From Raillietiella orientalis (Eukaryota), in contig JAYWIR010000087.1 of the NCBI GenBank assembly GCA_036172245.1, forward strand, positions 124,001-188,000: a DNA stretch of 64,000 nucleotides, read 5' to 3'. This document shows, piece after piece, positions 25,149 through 37,768 of the stretch. The notes beneath the pieces are model-generated. The model was not told where the DNA came from. It did not search any database and saw only the letters and a program-made list of their open reading frames with translations. The first letter of the stretch is position 1, and each line of letters opens with the position of its first letter. Position numbers and translations under genes: made by a program.

Positions 25149-28100
25149 GTGAACGCCAGTGTGGAAAGAGTGCAACCGGGGACCATCATCAGCAGCAGCA
25201 GCAGCGCCGAGAAGCCCACGGTGGAAGTTCTGCAGTCGTCCCTAGCAGCCGGAAGAGCTGCCAGGATGCAGGCATCTGGAGTTGGAGGAGTGGTGAGGCC
25301 TTCGTCCCCCATGGAAGCCATGGAGCTAACGTGCGGCAACGGCAAGGTGGCGGCAGGCATGCCGAGGATCGCGCCCGCGGCGGGCTTTGCTGCGCCGGCG
25401 GCGGCGATGCCAAGGGTCGTGCCCGCGGCGACGACGGCAGAGGTCGTGTCCGCGGCGGCGACGCCGAGGATCGTGCCCGCGGCGGGGAAGGTCGCGCCTG
25501 CGGCGGCGATGCCGAGGGTGCCGCCCGCGGCGGTAACGGCGGCAACGTCGAGGTTTGCGCCCGCGGCGGTGGCGTCCCAGTCGGGACCCGCGGGCGTCCA
25601 CGCGGTGCAGGGAGCGACGCCATCTTGTTCGGCTGCGGCGTCGCAGCCCTTTTCTTATGCGTCGGTGGCGGCTGGACAGGCGAGTGTCCAGCCTCCTAGG
25701 AAATTTGGTAAGCCGCTTAGCGGAAAAGTTCTAAAAGTGGACCGACCAATAGTCGAAATAGGCCCCAACGTGAAGCCCATTATCTTCAAGACGGGGATAA
25801 TAAAATTTAATAATATCAGGGAGGTCTATTTGTCCCTCGACAAGACGGACATAGACTTTGATCGCATTCAGGCGATCATTCCATCGAACAACGGGTTCAC
25901 AGTCTTTACAGACTGTGAAAACATTAGAGAGCGATTGATCCAGAAGGGGATCAATATACAAGGACGGATGGTTTGTGATATTGGCGAGATGCCATACACA
26001 AATGTCTGTTTAAACTGCATCTCCATCCTCACACCGCAACTAGCGGTGTGGAATTACTTGGAGCTGTTTGGGGAAGTTCTGGATTTTGATTTCCAGAACT
26101 TCTCTGTAAACATATTTTCTGGCGACATGATCGCCAAAATGAAGTTGAGGGAGGGAGCGGTGATGCCTGAATTGGCCGTTATTGACGAACAATCCCAGGG
26201 AGTGAATGTGCGTTACCGGCAACAACCGGTATTCTGCACCGGGTGCAAGCAGTTCGGCCACAGGGCCGGCGCTTGCCCAACGTGTCGTTGTTTCCGCTGC
26301 CGCAAAGTAGGACATTAAGTTCGATACTGCCCGCAGCCGGAGGTGTGCTCCTTCTGCAAGAAACACGGACATGCGAAATGGAGCTGTCCGGAGGCGATTC
26401 TGAGGGCAACAACAATCCGAAGAGTCGCCGACTGGGACAGCCTGAAAAACAGGATACACCTGTTTGCGGACATGTAGTTCGGGGATAGGAGCTTGAGGCA
26501 AGAGGCGTACCGGGAGCTGAGCATCCAAGATCGCTCCCTCTCAAAGTACTTCGATCAGTACGAGAGTCGGTACGTCCTTAATAAAATAAAAGGGGAAGTC
26601 GGCGTGCAGGAGAAGAGAAATCTGGCAACAGATATCTTCTGCATCCAGTACGACGGCCAAAAGCGACAGTCGTCTGAGGACATCGTGGATGCCTTTCACA
26701 GGCATTACACGAAACACTTCAGCCGACAACAGCTGTGTCGCTCTAGTCAACAGGCCTTCTTGAGCTATCTCGAGAATAGGACCGACGACTTCCAGCGGAA
26801 CAGACTGGAGGAGGAGTTCTCCGAAGAAGAGGTGAAGAGTGTGTTTGGGCAACTTCGCCAGGACGTGGCAGCGGGCCTTGACAGTGTACCCATCACGCAC
26901 TATCAGCGGTACCTGCACGTCTACCTGCGCTTGTTCCACCAGTTGACCCTCTGCATCCGGGAAGAAGGCAGACTACCTCAATCCTTCTACGAGAGTCGGA
27001 TGAGATTGCTGCCGAAAGGAGGCGACTCTACCCAGATCGCCCAATGGAGGCCAATCTCGATCCTAAACTCCGATGCCAAGTGGTTGGCGAAGATCTGGTG
27101 CAACCGTTTAGGCAGGGTCATGTCGAGGCTGATCTCTCCGGTCCAGACATGTGCAGTCCCAGGACGACACATGTCGGACAATGTCAAGTGTGCCCAGGCC
27201 ACTGTTGGACTCAGTCGATACGTGGGCGAGAACCTGGTGCTGGTGTTCACTGACATGGAGAAGGCCTTCGACTCCATCGACCACGGGATGCTACTGAAGG
27301 TTCTGGAGAATCTAGGGCTTCCGGAACACTTCAGCAACTTCGTGAGGGCGGTACTCCAGAACCAGTACTGCCGGATCAAGATCAACGGCCAGGAGACGGC
27401 AGCAATCAGGATGGAACGAGGAGTCCGACAGGGCGACTCGCTAAGTCCGATGCTGTTCGTCATCTTTATGGAGGCGTTGTCGTCCTTTATCGAGAAGAGC
27501 GGACGACTAAGCGGGATTACCATCGACAGCCAGCGTCTTACCCATCTGGCATACGCCGATGATCTACTCTTCTTCATCAAGGAAGAGAAAAATCAGCGTG
27601 CGTTTCTGGATGTGGTGGACCTGATGGAACAGGGCTTGGGCTTAAAAATCAATTCACAGAAGAGCCAACTTTGGCCCGTCGGACTAGTGGATCTCTCGAC
27701 TCTAACGGGTAGTGGATTCCGTACGGTGGACACGGCCAAGTACCTGGGAGTCTACATCGGCGACGGCTCTGCGTCGAAGCTGCTGTGGAAGGAAATCCTG
27801 GGGAAAACAGCCAAGGAAGCAGCCAAGTACACACGAACGGACCTTGGGATGAAGCGAAAGGCCAACATATGGAACGGAGTACTACTTCCGAAAGTGCTCT
27901 TCGGGGCGGCCTTCGCGAGGATGAACAAGGACACTACTAGGGAGTTCGACAAGCTGCAAAGAAAAACACTGTGGGGCCACTATCGCCCAAGAGTAAGACT
28001 GAAACCCCTGTGTCTTCCCAGGGAAGAAGGCGGTTCCGGGATGAAGTCGCTTGCACATTCCATGGAAATCATGGATACGCGACACATCCTGGACATTGCC

Positions 28101-29150
28101 ACTCACTGGGATGACTGGCCGTATGCGGCGCACAGGGCCTACGCGTTGTTGCTTAACAACTCGAAAGGCCTCATGACTGCGCTGCTAGGCAGAGTAGGGG
28201 AATGGATAACAATCGACCCGACCTGGAGGAGGAAGCAACGGCTGGTGCGTCAGCACCAAATAAAGATCGTCCCGCGAAGCAGGAAACTCTGGCAGGACGA
28301 GTTCATCCTGGTGATGTCTTGGATGCTTCCTGTCCCGCCGGACACGAGAAGCTTAATCTACCAGCGGTCCAGAGTTACCCTACTGCAAATCAAGGAGTGG
28401 AGGCGAGGAGGCTACCTACATCAAACTCGTATACTTCGGTATACAGAGATGATGTGAGGAAGGTTTACCCACAGGACCCGCGAAGTGTGGTTCAACCACA
28501 ACGACTTCGCATGGTCGAGGGTAACCAGAGCAAACCTCCGAAGGGTTATCCAAGAAAACGATCGTGACACCACTGCCCTCCAGGAAGCCACCGAACGCTA
28601 CGGGAGTGAACGGTCCAACCTGTTAGCGATCGGCACGACGCTCTGGAGGAGTGACCTTCCGCCGGGCACCCAGGATGACCTCCTGATGTTTTATCACGGA
28701 GGAATCCAGAGTGGGTCCCGATTGCAGCACTTTACAGGAAGACGGGAAGACCGAGACTGCGCAGCATGTGAAGACGACGACACGAGACTTCACGTCTTGA
28801 CGTGTCCCACACTCCTGCATGACTGGCTGATCCTGAAAAGGATCATAGAACTGACCAACAAGTCCGTTATGGAGATCCTCGCCGGGATGTTTCATGGGGA
28901 TGGTAATGTTCCCTGTTACAATCCCATGGTGAGGACGATCATAGCCCTCTTCATCACCGCCATACTTGTGCGGTGGTGGAAAATGAGGAAAGCCAGGAGA
29001 GCCGCACCACCGATGGAGATCCTACAAGGGCTCTTGAAGAGGGAAATCGGCATCAGGAACTGCGGGAAGATCCACGCCTGGACGTACCGATTCATCCTGA
29101 AGAGGATCCAGGTCGACGCCCGGGACCATCCAGCTGGAATTCCCCCCTGA
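25149..29150 (+). pseudogene. Single-frame ORF1(gag)-RT fusion with three in-frame stops
   Basis: ORFs 25149-26318, 26493-28457 and 28485-29150 share one frame. It has three knuckles (CTGCKQFGHRAGAC, CFRCRKVGH*VRYC, CSFCKKHGHAKWSC), RT motifs QWRPISIL, DMEKAFD, GVRQGDSLSP, YADD, KYLGV, and a C-terminal CAAC..H..C. The start codon is uncertain. Confidence 0.88.
25360..25570 (+). repeat. Degenerate coding tandem repeat (Ala-rich, MPR(I/V)(V/A)PAA units)
   Basis: Recurring GCCGAGG(A/G)T..GCCCGCGGCG units encode MPRIAPAA, MPRVVPAA, TPRIVPAA, MPRVPPAA and TSRFAPAA. Confidence 0.8.
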
Positions 29151-30770
29151 AAAGCAGAACTCTAGTGCAACCCAAGGACCCCCAAGTGCAAACTGTTTGT
29201 ATTGAGTGAATGAGAGTGGGAATGTAAATATTGTATTTTTATAGGAAAATAAACTTACCCCACCCCTTGTGGGAGTTGGGGAAACCTAGCGATCGCGAGA
29301 GGCGCTGCCTATTCCAGATCGGAGGGTTCGCGCGTTGCCTTTGCGACCGTTGGGGGCACTGCTGTAGCGGTTGTGCTCGCCCTAGCAGTTTCTTCCTTGG
29401 CCTCAGCAGACGCTGCGTCCGCGCGCGAGGACTGCGGGTTTGCCGGCTGTTTCTTCGCGGCACTCGGTGCCTGGGGAACCCTGACCGCGGCAGCTTCAGA
29501 CGGCGCGGTGTTCTTTGCCCGCAGGCAAGTTTTTCCCGTATCGGGCGTAAGACAGCATTCCGCGCCGCTCTTCGAGGCCTTGATACGAGGCTTCGCGGTC
29601 GTGATGCCGACAGTACGAGGCTCTTTGACCTTCGGCACAATGTCTCCTGCATTTAACAATTGGCTGCGAGGTCTCGTGGAAAGGTCGCATTCTTCGCGAA
29701 CTTCTTTCGGGGCGATAGCCGGAGGCTTTGCCGCGACGAGTTTTTTTGTGTTTTTCTCCCCTTCTTTGTGGGGGAGAGAAACAGTTTTCTGCACGTGCGT
29801 GGTCGCGGTTCTCGCAACGCTCTTCAGAGCTTTGATGTTTCTTTCTCTCGATTCGCGGCGATTATTCCGCAATGCGGAACGCGATTCGTTCCTTCGCTTT
29901 TCGTTTTTTAAAAGGAGCTCTGGTCACGTTTCTTTAGTGTACCCGTGCTAGTGGCAGTAACGGCAAGCGGCCGAGGGACACTTCGTAATGCCGTGACCTT
30001 CTTGCCCGCATTCCGCGAGTACACTCGTTTGCCCGCCTAATCACAGGCGGACGGTCATTCCATCCACCTACAGTCGCGTGGGCATTGCCCAGCGATCCGC
30101 CATCGTCACTCGCACTTGACAGCCCCCCGTGGTGGTCTTCGAAACCCTCAGCAGGGTTTGGCAACCTCCAAAGCGCTTGAACGGAGGCGAATTTTCCAAG
30201 GGCCTCCACGACCTAGCGGTCTGAAAGGCCCTTGCTCACTCCACTTAGCCGGACAACGAACGACTGGTTCGTTGTGACAGGGAGTATTTCCTGCCCACAA
30301 ATGAGCAGCGGCGTGTGCAGCAAACGCTGCGTAAGGAGCGCGTCCTTACTAAACACCTACCAGTAGCCGCACCCACTCGTGGGCATGATGGACTCCAGTT
30401 GGCCTTTTTGAACTCCAATCCGTTGGAGTTCCTGGCCAAACTCGCGCACAACCCGCTCAGGCATAAGCACACTTACCTTATACCTGAGTGAAGGCGTGTA
30501 GCCATTTGCTGCATACGCCTGAAGCTCAGGGCTGTCGGACGAAGGTCCCATCGTAGCCGCGAGGGCAGCGACCTGGGCGAATGTCTTCGCCGTCGGCAAG
30601 GACAGAGGCTCCTTCCTAGCAGCCGAAGAAGCCATCTCAGGAGCAGGTGGCGTTCTCTTCTTGCGGCTGATGTTCTTCTTTACCCCAATTGCAGCACAGA
30701 AGCACAGCAGAACAAAAACACACAAGAACCAATCTACCGCGAAGCAACGCAAAAGCACTTCCGTACGCGA

Positions 30771-33217
30771 CCGTCGCTGATTCGTGAGACGGGAGATGTT
30801 CTTGCTTCTTTCCGCTCAGCAAAGGTGAGGCTCCTGCCGAAAGGCGGTGATTTGCGCCACCTCAGCAACTGGCGTCCAAACACCTTAGTGGATTCAGAGG
30901 TCAAGTTGTTCTCCAAGCTATAGGTCGCGCGCCTGGGGAAAATCGAAGAGTCCTTGGTAAGTCCTGAGCAGACGTATGCTGTTCCGGGGTGGTCCATGGA
31001 CGCGAATCTCTTCTTCGCGCGAACATGGTTCGAGTTGCAGCAGCGGGTGGCGCAGCAGAGCCAGGCAGCCGAAATCGCCGCTGCCAAAGGTAAGCGGCGG
31101 TGTTCAAAGCACGATGAAACGCCGAGAGCCTTAGCGGTCGCCGTCGATCTCGGCAAAGCGTTCGACAGCGTAAACCAGGACCTCCTTCTAAAGCTTCTGG
31201 GACGCTTAGGCCTCCGGACGCACTACATCGCCTACTTCCGCTCCTGCTGGCGCCAGGCGTTATGCGGTATCTCCTTCAGCAGGCGTCACGTGTACGGCCC
31301 TCCCATACGGCGGGGTATCAGGCAGGGAGACAGCTTAATCCCCCAGCTCTTCAGTATCTTTGAGTTGATGCTGAGGAAGCACAGGCTGACGCTGGCCAAC
31401 CTGCCGAGCTCCTGCCCGGGAACACCGGCCGTAGCCGCCTATGCTTACGAACTTCTCCTGCTGCTGCCCATGTCCACCGCGGCGTCCAGGCTCGATGACT
31501 TCTTCGAGCTCGTTCGTCGCGGAGCGAGCCTGAGCGTCAACAGGACGAAATCAACCGTTGTACCGGTTGGCTCTACGTGGGAGGGGCAGTTCAGTTGGAT
31601 CCGCCTATGGATCCCCTTGGCAGGTGATTGAAGTACCTTGGCGTTCTCTTGGGCGCCTTCTGTCCAGCAGAAGCGTTGTCGGACTGCCTTCACAAGGCCG
31701 AGACTGCTCTAGGCCCGTTAAAAGGCGGCAGGTTTTATCCTGTCGGAACGGGCCTTCGTGTGGAACAGTTTCGCTGCCTTTTTCCTGCGTATCCTCTGTT
31801 TTGTTTGTCCTCCTCCCTGCGCGGCTAAGGACCAAGCGCAACGGCTGTTGCGTAACGCCCTGTGGTGCCCGGCGAGGTTCAGGATACGCCTGAAGGACTT
31901 AGCGGCTCCTCGGCGGGATGCAGGATTGGTCATCCTGACGCTGGAGCGGATCGGACTGGTAGTGCTGTTCCGCATGCTGGCACTCTGTGCGGATCTCAGG
32001 ACTACTTCCTGGCGTGCTCCAGCGCGGCTGCTGCTGCGGCGCTGCACGGGTTGCGACGGACTACGTTCGTTGCATCTGCGCACGGAGCGCGCCTAGAGAG
32101 CATTCGGCTTTCCTTTGAAGGAGCTCGCCACGCTTCTGGGAAAGCATCAGTGGATCTCCTGCAAGCCGACGTACTTCAACGCCTAGAGGCAGGAAGACTT
32201 ATCGTCCTGGGCAGCGCAACAGGATGTGTCCCGGTTGGAACTCCGTTGCGTGACACTTTCCCCATACTGTCCAGAGGGGGAGGTGCTGGAAGACCAGTAC
32301 CAGTGGACACGCCTAGCCGCTACGCCACTCGCCGAAGCACTGTGTGCACTTATGGGGCGAGATGACAGTGAACTGCCGGTGAGGTGGGAGATCACTTGCG
32401 AAATCGCAGCCGAATCCCGACTGCTGGGCGGCTGGTGGACTTGCGAAGTGGCAGAAGCTGCCACACCTCGCCTCCGTGCCTAGGGGCTTCTCCGGTGGAC
32501 TCAGCTTTTCGGGGTGCCCACCGATGAGCTTGTGGTCCCTTCTGCGTGTTTGGACGCGAATCTCTTCCCCCTTCGGTGGAAGCAGGACGCTTTTCTGCTG
32601 GTGTATTTAGGTTTGTACTGCAACCAGCGGACGCACCTGACTTCCGGGGGAGTTGCGTCTCCGAACTGTGCCAAATGCGGAGCGGTGGAATCAGTTTTGC
32701 ATTTGCTGTTTGAGTGCGGTGCCCTCCAGGAGCTGTGGCAGCGGCTGTCTCCAGCTTTCTTGCACCCAGGACACACCGCACTGGATTGGATGCGCCGCTT
32801 CTACACTGGTGGCGGACTTTCTCTTGGAGTGGTCGTCGCAATCATCTGCTGCGTCCGCGCCGTTGTCAGGTCCCGCCACGTATTGAAGATGCGAGCAGTC
32901 ATAACATCGGTCCCCGACACAGCAGCCTGCAACCTGCAATTGGCTGCCGGATGGCCACATCTCGGAGTAGAAGTGAGGAAGGAGATCGACGGCATTCACC
33001 GCCGGTTCTGAGAACAGGAATGGTTAGACTGTATTCCCCTATTCCCGCTCTCCCACTTAATTTATTTATGTATTGTCCCACCCTTTCCCGTTCCAAAATC
33101 TCAGTGTGAACGGCCTGTGTTTCGGGAAATCTACTCCCCATTTTCTGCTCCCCTTGCTTGGGAACACAGTTCCCAGTTGATATTAAGAATAAACGTCCCG
33201 GAGCAACCGGGTAATAA
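30771..33217 (+). mobile_element. 3' part of family B element (RT, zinc finger, 3' UTR), degenerate
   Basis: ORF 30954-31631 has AVDLGKAFD, GIRQGDSLIP and YAYE. ORF 32514-33011 has CAKC..ESVLHLLFEC. It ends AATAAACGTCCCGGAGCAACCGGGTAATAA. Confidence 0.9.
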
Positions 33218-33730
33218 GCGACAACGCTGCATTCTTTAATCTGCTCGCTTGCCTGCTGTTCTTTCCCTAGGCTGGTTCTTTCGACTTGTACGGCGCTGTT
33301 CGCCGGGGTCTCGGGTGTCACGTGGGCCTTGGGCGCGAGTGGCCCAGCCTACGCTCCAGCTTTCGCCGCCAGCCTTTTCTGCAGAAGCCATGCGCGTTTT
33401 TTAAGGTTTCTCTTGGAAACCTTCCGCACTGCTGCTTCTCGGCACACCTCTTTCGTGTGCCCCATTGTGCCGCATACTTGGCACTGCACGCTGAGACTGC
33501 TCTTTTTGAAGTGACCCGACGTATTGCAGTATTTCGGCTTCCCGATATTCCAGAGTTCCACGGTTTCTCCTTCGGCCACTAGTTTTAAAAGGGGGGGGGG
33601 GGGGTGCAGCACTCCCGAACGATCACGCGCGCAGCCGTGAGACCGTGCTGCAGCTTTGTGCAGTTCTCGAGAAGACTAACTTTTGTCCACTGCGCGTGGA
33701 CTTTTCCGAGCTGTTGCCGAGCGGCGCGAA
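33218..33730 (-). mobile_element. ORF1 fragment closely related to 63640-64000
   Basis: GETVELWNIGKPKYC..CQVCGTMGHTKEVC..KRAWLLQKRLAAK matches the ORF1 at the window end. Confidence 0.8.
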
Positions 33731-36700
33731 AGGAATTGAGGCGTCCGGCTGAGGCGAAAGGACCGGAAACTCCTGAGTCCGAAGCCGAATCCGGCAACGC
33801 TGCGGCTGTCGCTCTCCCGTAGCGCAAAGCAGGCCGAAAGGTAAGCAACCCGCGGAGCCCCGCACCTGCAGCGGCGGAGGAGGAAATGAGGTCGGACCAC
33901 GACGACGGAGAGGCGATGTCCGCTAGGTCTCGCGACTCCTCGCCGGAGGCGGTCCAGGCCAAGCAGGATCCTTAAACAACCATCACAACCACCGATGGAC
34001 CACCTACTTGCGATCAAATCGGTCAGCTTGTTGCCAAGTGGTCCGACGCAATCGACCTCGTCGTGACCAACGTGTACGCGCGCGGCACGAGCCACAGGCG
34101 CGAGGAACGCACTGCGTTCTTCGAAGGCCTGCAGCGAGATTGGCTGGCCGAAGCAGACATGCGAAAGGCGCAGCTCATTGCCGGGGACTTTAACGTCCGC
34201 CTGCTGGCAGGTGCGCCCGACATTCGCGCACAGCTGGTCAACGAGATGAGCGCTGCCATGCACGCGCGCAACTTGTTGGCCGGTGACGCCGGGACGGAGA
34301 CGAGGATCGACCACATGTTCCTCGACAACCACCTGTGTTCGCGGGTGGGAAATCGAGGGGCAGTGCCATCCGAACTTACCGACCATCCTCGACTCGTGCT
34401 AGAAATACACCCGCGCGGTAAAGGTCCACCCTCCACAGCAAGTTGTTTGCCAGGGGACTGGTTGCGCCTCGCAGGAGCAGCGCAACATCTTCACTCGTTT
34501 CTGCAAGGCTTCCATCTGCAGTCGCTCGCGGACTGGGACGACTTGAAGAGCTCAGTTTGCGAGTTCTGCGACCAGTTTCCCTTGAACCGTCTCTTTCGAG
34601 GTTTCGGCGTTGTCACCGGGGTACGCCCAGGGCGTTTATTTGTAAACTTAACATGCGTGGTACGAGGCCCCACCACGGACGTAAACACAGGACCTGTCGG
34701 GACACCGCGACGCAGCCCGGCGTTGCACTCTTCAGCAACGAAGAAGGATGGGGATAAGACAAAAAGAAAAATAAAAAGAAACAAAGAAAAAGAAGTTGGA
34801 GGGCAGGGAAGGGATCACTGGACGCTGTGGGGAGAGCCCATCCGTCGAACGAAGCCTTCGAAGTCTGTCTGCATATTTTCCAGTTGCGGCCATCCGGCAG
34901 CTCTTTGCAAGAAGCGTTGGGCATACAGGATGACATCGCTCGCCTGTGAACCCACTCCTTCGTTGTTGGCTTCGCTCCATGCCGCCACGATGCCACAGAC
35001 GCAGCACAAGGCTGCGATGGCTGAGGCTGGCAGCAGTGGGTCCTTCACGAAGAGGGGCCGAAGAATGCAACTGGGTGTGCTGCCTGTAGGTAGCCCGAGG
35101 GTCGTCCCGAACCGTTCCCAAAGGGGTCGGAGGGCACCACAATCCACAATAAGGTGGGGAAACGACTTCCGCTCCGCGAACCTGGCACACCCAGTATTCA
35201 CAGCTCCCCTCGTCTAGTGGAAGTGATGCGCGTTGCAGGGTAGACCCCAGTGCAACAGGAGCAACGTCGACTCTTGCCACTTGAGGGGTAGGATCCTGGA
35301 TTCTTTCATCACCGGGGGCCACTTCAGGTCATCCCTAGGGATGGCGAGCAGCTCGCCCCATCTTACTAATCCTCGCGCATGGACCCTCGGGGTCGTGGCG
35401 TCGGACAGTTCTCCTGTTGTTCAGCCGCTAATCAACTTCTCGCGTCCCTTGATGCAGCAGGAGACTTGCCACCTTCGCGTTCGTCTGCTGTGAAGTGCCC
35501 TCCTAAGGAACAACACCCCAGTCCCTAGGCATTTCGTCTCTGCCCACGTGCATCTTGCTGGACTCTCCAGGAGATTCCGCAGCGTGCAGCGGGCGTAGGG
35601 GCTGCATCGGAGACGATTCCACGTTTCGTGACTCTTCTGATTAACCGCTGCCCACGTTCCAATATTCTCCTCCAGCAAGGCGGGGAAGTTGGCAGGGCCA
35701 CAAATCATCCAGTCGTTCTCCTTTGTCAGGGTTACCATGCGGCCGAGCAGTAGACCGCATCTTCGAATCTTCCGACGAGGGCACAGAAGAAACGATGCGT
35801 GTCTTTCGCAGCGGGACAAACGCCTGGCCAGGAGGCGGGCGGGAATGCACCAAGCGGTGCTCCAGATCTTAGCTGCGATGGCGAGGGTCCGCCATCGCAG
35901 CTGGATTTCCACGCGCTTTAGCGTCAGGAGGCCAAGACCGCCGTCCCGACGCGGAGTGCACAAGTCCTTTAGAAGGACTCGGGGCCTCCCTTTTCCCCAA
36001 AGAGCTAAGCGGAGGAGGTCCTTGGTCCGCTTTTTAGATTTGACGGGGCGGGGCAAACAAAAAGCAAGGGGCGGAGGATGTAGGCCGCGAAGGCGTTCCA
36101 AACCGCGGCCCGTTCCGTCAAGTAAAACTTGCCTTCCAGGAACGGGCCGATCGCCGTCTCGACTTTTTGGAGGCAGCTGGACCACGCTTCCGCAGGGGAG
36201 TAGTCCCCCAACGGCACATCGAGGTACTTGTTGCACCTCGCCGTAGGGATCCCCAGACGGACCCAGTCCTTCTGCTATACCCACGTCGCTCCAACTGGCT
36301 ACAAAGACGACTACGCCCTGTTAACCTGTAATCCGGCCCAACGGCTAATTAGGTAGAAGAAATCTCCGACCGCCTTCGCCGGGGTGGATATAGGTAAGAG
36401 GAGCAGAAGATTGTCGGCATACGCCGCTACGGCTGGCGGGCCGGGGCACGAGCTCGGCAAGGGGATCAAAGTCACCCTGTACGCTCTCAGCACCAACTCA
36501 GCGTAGGTGCTAAAATGCAGGGGGCTTAGGCTGTCGCCCTGCCTTATGCCCCGCCGCACCGGCACGCCATACACCTTTTGTCCACTGAAAGTAATTCAGA
36601 TTATAGCGTTCCGTTAGCAAGAGCGCAGGTAGGTAATCAAGGATGGTGGGAAGCCCATGCGACCCAGGAGCTCCAAGAGGAGTTCCTAATCAACACAGTC

Positions 36701-37540
36701 GAATGAATTATGGAGGTCGACTGCGATCGCTAAGGCCTCCTCGTCCGCATGAGGGTCCCTACCCTGTCCCACTGGCGGCCCCAAAGTAGGGTTGCAAATT
36801 TTCCCTTTCCCGTCTTTCTTACTCCGCTGCGCGTGCATCCATGTGCTCGCGAAGAAGAGGTTCTCCTCCATACTTCGCCTGCGAACAGCGTATGTCTGCT
36901 CCGGGTTAATTATGGAATTGGACACCTGCTTCAATCGCCACGCCCACATCCCGGCAATCAACATGGCGTCCGTGTTCACAATCGTGATCGGGCGCCAGTT
37001 GCAAAGCTTGCTGCAGTCTCCTCCTTCCGGGAGGAGCCTTGCCCTGGCTGAACGAAAAGAGGCGGGAACCTCACCTTCGTCTCGGATTCGCCTTGTCATC
37101 TCGAGCACCAGGGGGGCCAGCACTTCCGCGAAACACTGAAAGAACTCCGCGGGCAAGCCGTCCTCCCCTGGCGCCTTACGCCTCTTTAGAATTTTGATAC
37201 CGGCGAGAATTGCACCGGTCGTGAAAGGCTCATCGAGGCTTTCTCTCTCCTCCTCCCCTATCGCCACGGAACCACTCATGAGCAATCGCCGCGAGGCGTC
37301 TTGTTCGGGTGGAGTTTTGGCGTAAAGCGAGGAAAAAAAACACCGCACGAGATTCCGTACCGCCTGCGGGGACGAAGGTTCTTGGCCCAGGTCATCCAGC
37401 ATGCTGGCTGACCCGCATTACCAGGCTTGTCGCTCGGCTCCGGCGCGGTATTCGGCCAGACGACGGACATTGGGGTTCCTCTCGTGACCACGCGCGTGCA
37501 AATACGCGCGTTCCTAGCGGGCCCCTTCACCGAATTCCCG

Positions 37541-37565
37541 CTGTGGAGGAAGGACGTGCTTTTCC
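37541..37565 (+). promoter_or_regulatory. Conserved 5'-terminal GGACGTG(C/T)TTT motif, candidate internal promoter element (representative copy)
   Basis: Found within ~12 nt of most 5' junctions across divergent families. The function is inferred. Confidence 0.5.
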
Positions 37566-37768
37566 TGCGCTCCGCCTGCGTGGCAAAGCGAGTGTTATTT
37601 CTTCTTGAGTGATTTGTGCGTGCACATCGTCGGTGTACGATGGCAGCGTTGCCAGAGGACACCGCGATTGAAGTAGGCGTGGGGGATGCTTGTTAGTCCC
37701 CACAGCCTACTGGATCTGGGGCATCCGTCCCGGAATCGTCCCCGGCGACCCCGAGGTCATGGAGCGCC

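Larger units (their letters stand above)
25002..29284 (+). mobile_element. Divergent non-LTR retrotransposon, family E: gag-like region plus RT, no endonuclease domain, perfect 17-bp TSD
   Basis: Flanked by CCTAGCGATCGCGAGAG at 24985-25001 and 29285-29301. It is visibly more A/T-rich than its neighbours and its protein is very divergent from families A-D. Confidence 0.92.
23230..30770 (-). mobile_element. Family B element, 5' half, split by the 25002-29284 insertion (pieces 29285-30770 and ~23230-25001)
   Basis: 5' GTACGGAAGTGCTTTT (~30751-30766) and ORF1 GYTPSLRYKVS. ORF1 reads ..LAIAR on both sides of the insertion. TAATG is at 24308-24312, EN at 23654-24310, linker GFGED at 23147-23584. 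Confidence 0.85.

Noticed and set aside
25002..25150. Self-cleaving (HDV-like) ribozyme at element 5' ends
   Set aside because: Only a simple GGCGG-TATCG-CCGCC hairpin is visible. I could not build the nested pseudoknot by eye, so a covariance-model search would be needed.
25149..29150. Stop-codon reassignment (non-standard genetic code) explaining the in-frame stops
   Set aside because: All three stop types occur as interruptions, each is one C-to-T change from CAA, CAG or CGA, and TAA and TGA serve as real stops at ORF1 and ORF2 ends. Decay is the simpler explanation.
33585..33605. Long poly-G run as a telomeric or G-quadruplex signal
   Set aside because: It corresponds to a short C-run in the homologous ORF1 at ~63755, so it is a homopolymer expansion or sequencing artefact.
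34063..35217. 384-aa ORF with EN plus a novel C-terminal domain, and similarly the N-terminus of 42444-44156
   Set aside because: These are chance read-throughs across insertion junctions into the antisense strand of the neighbouring element.
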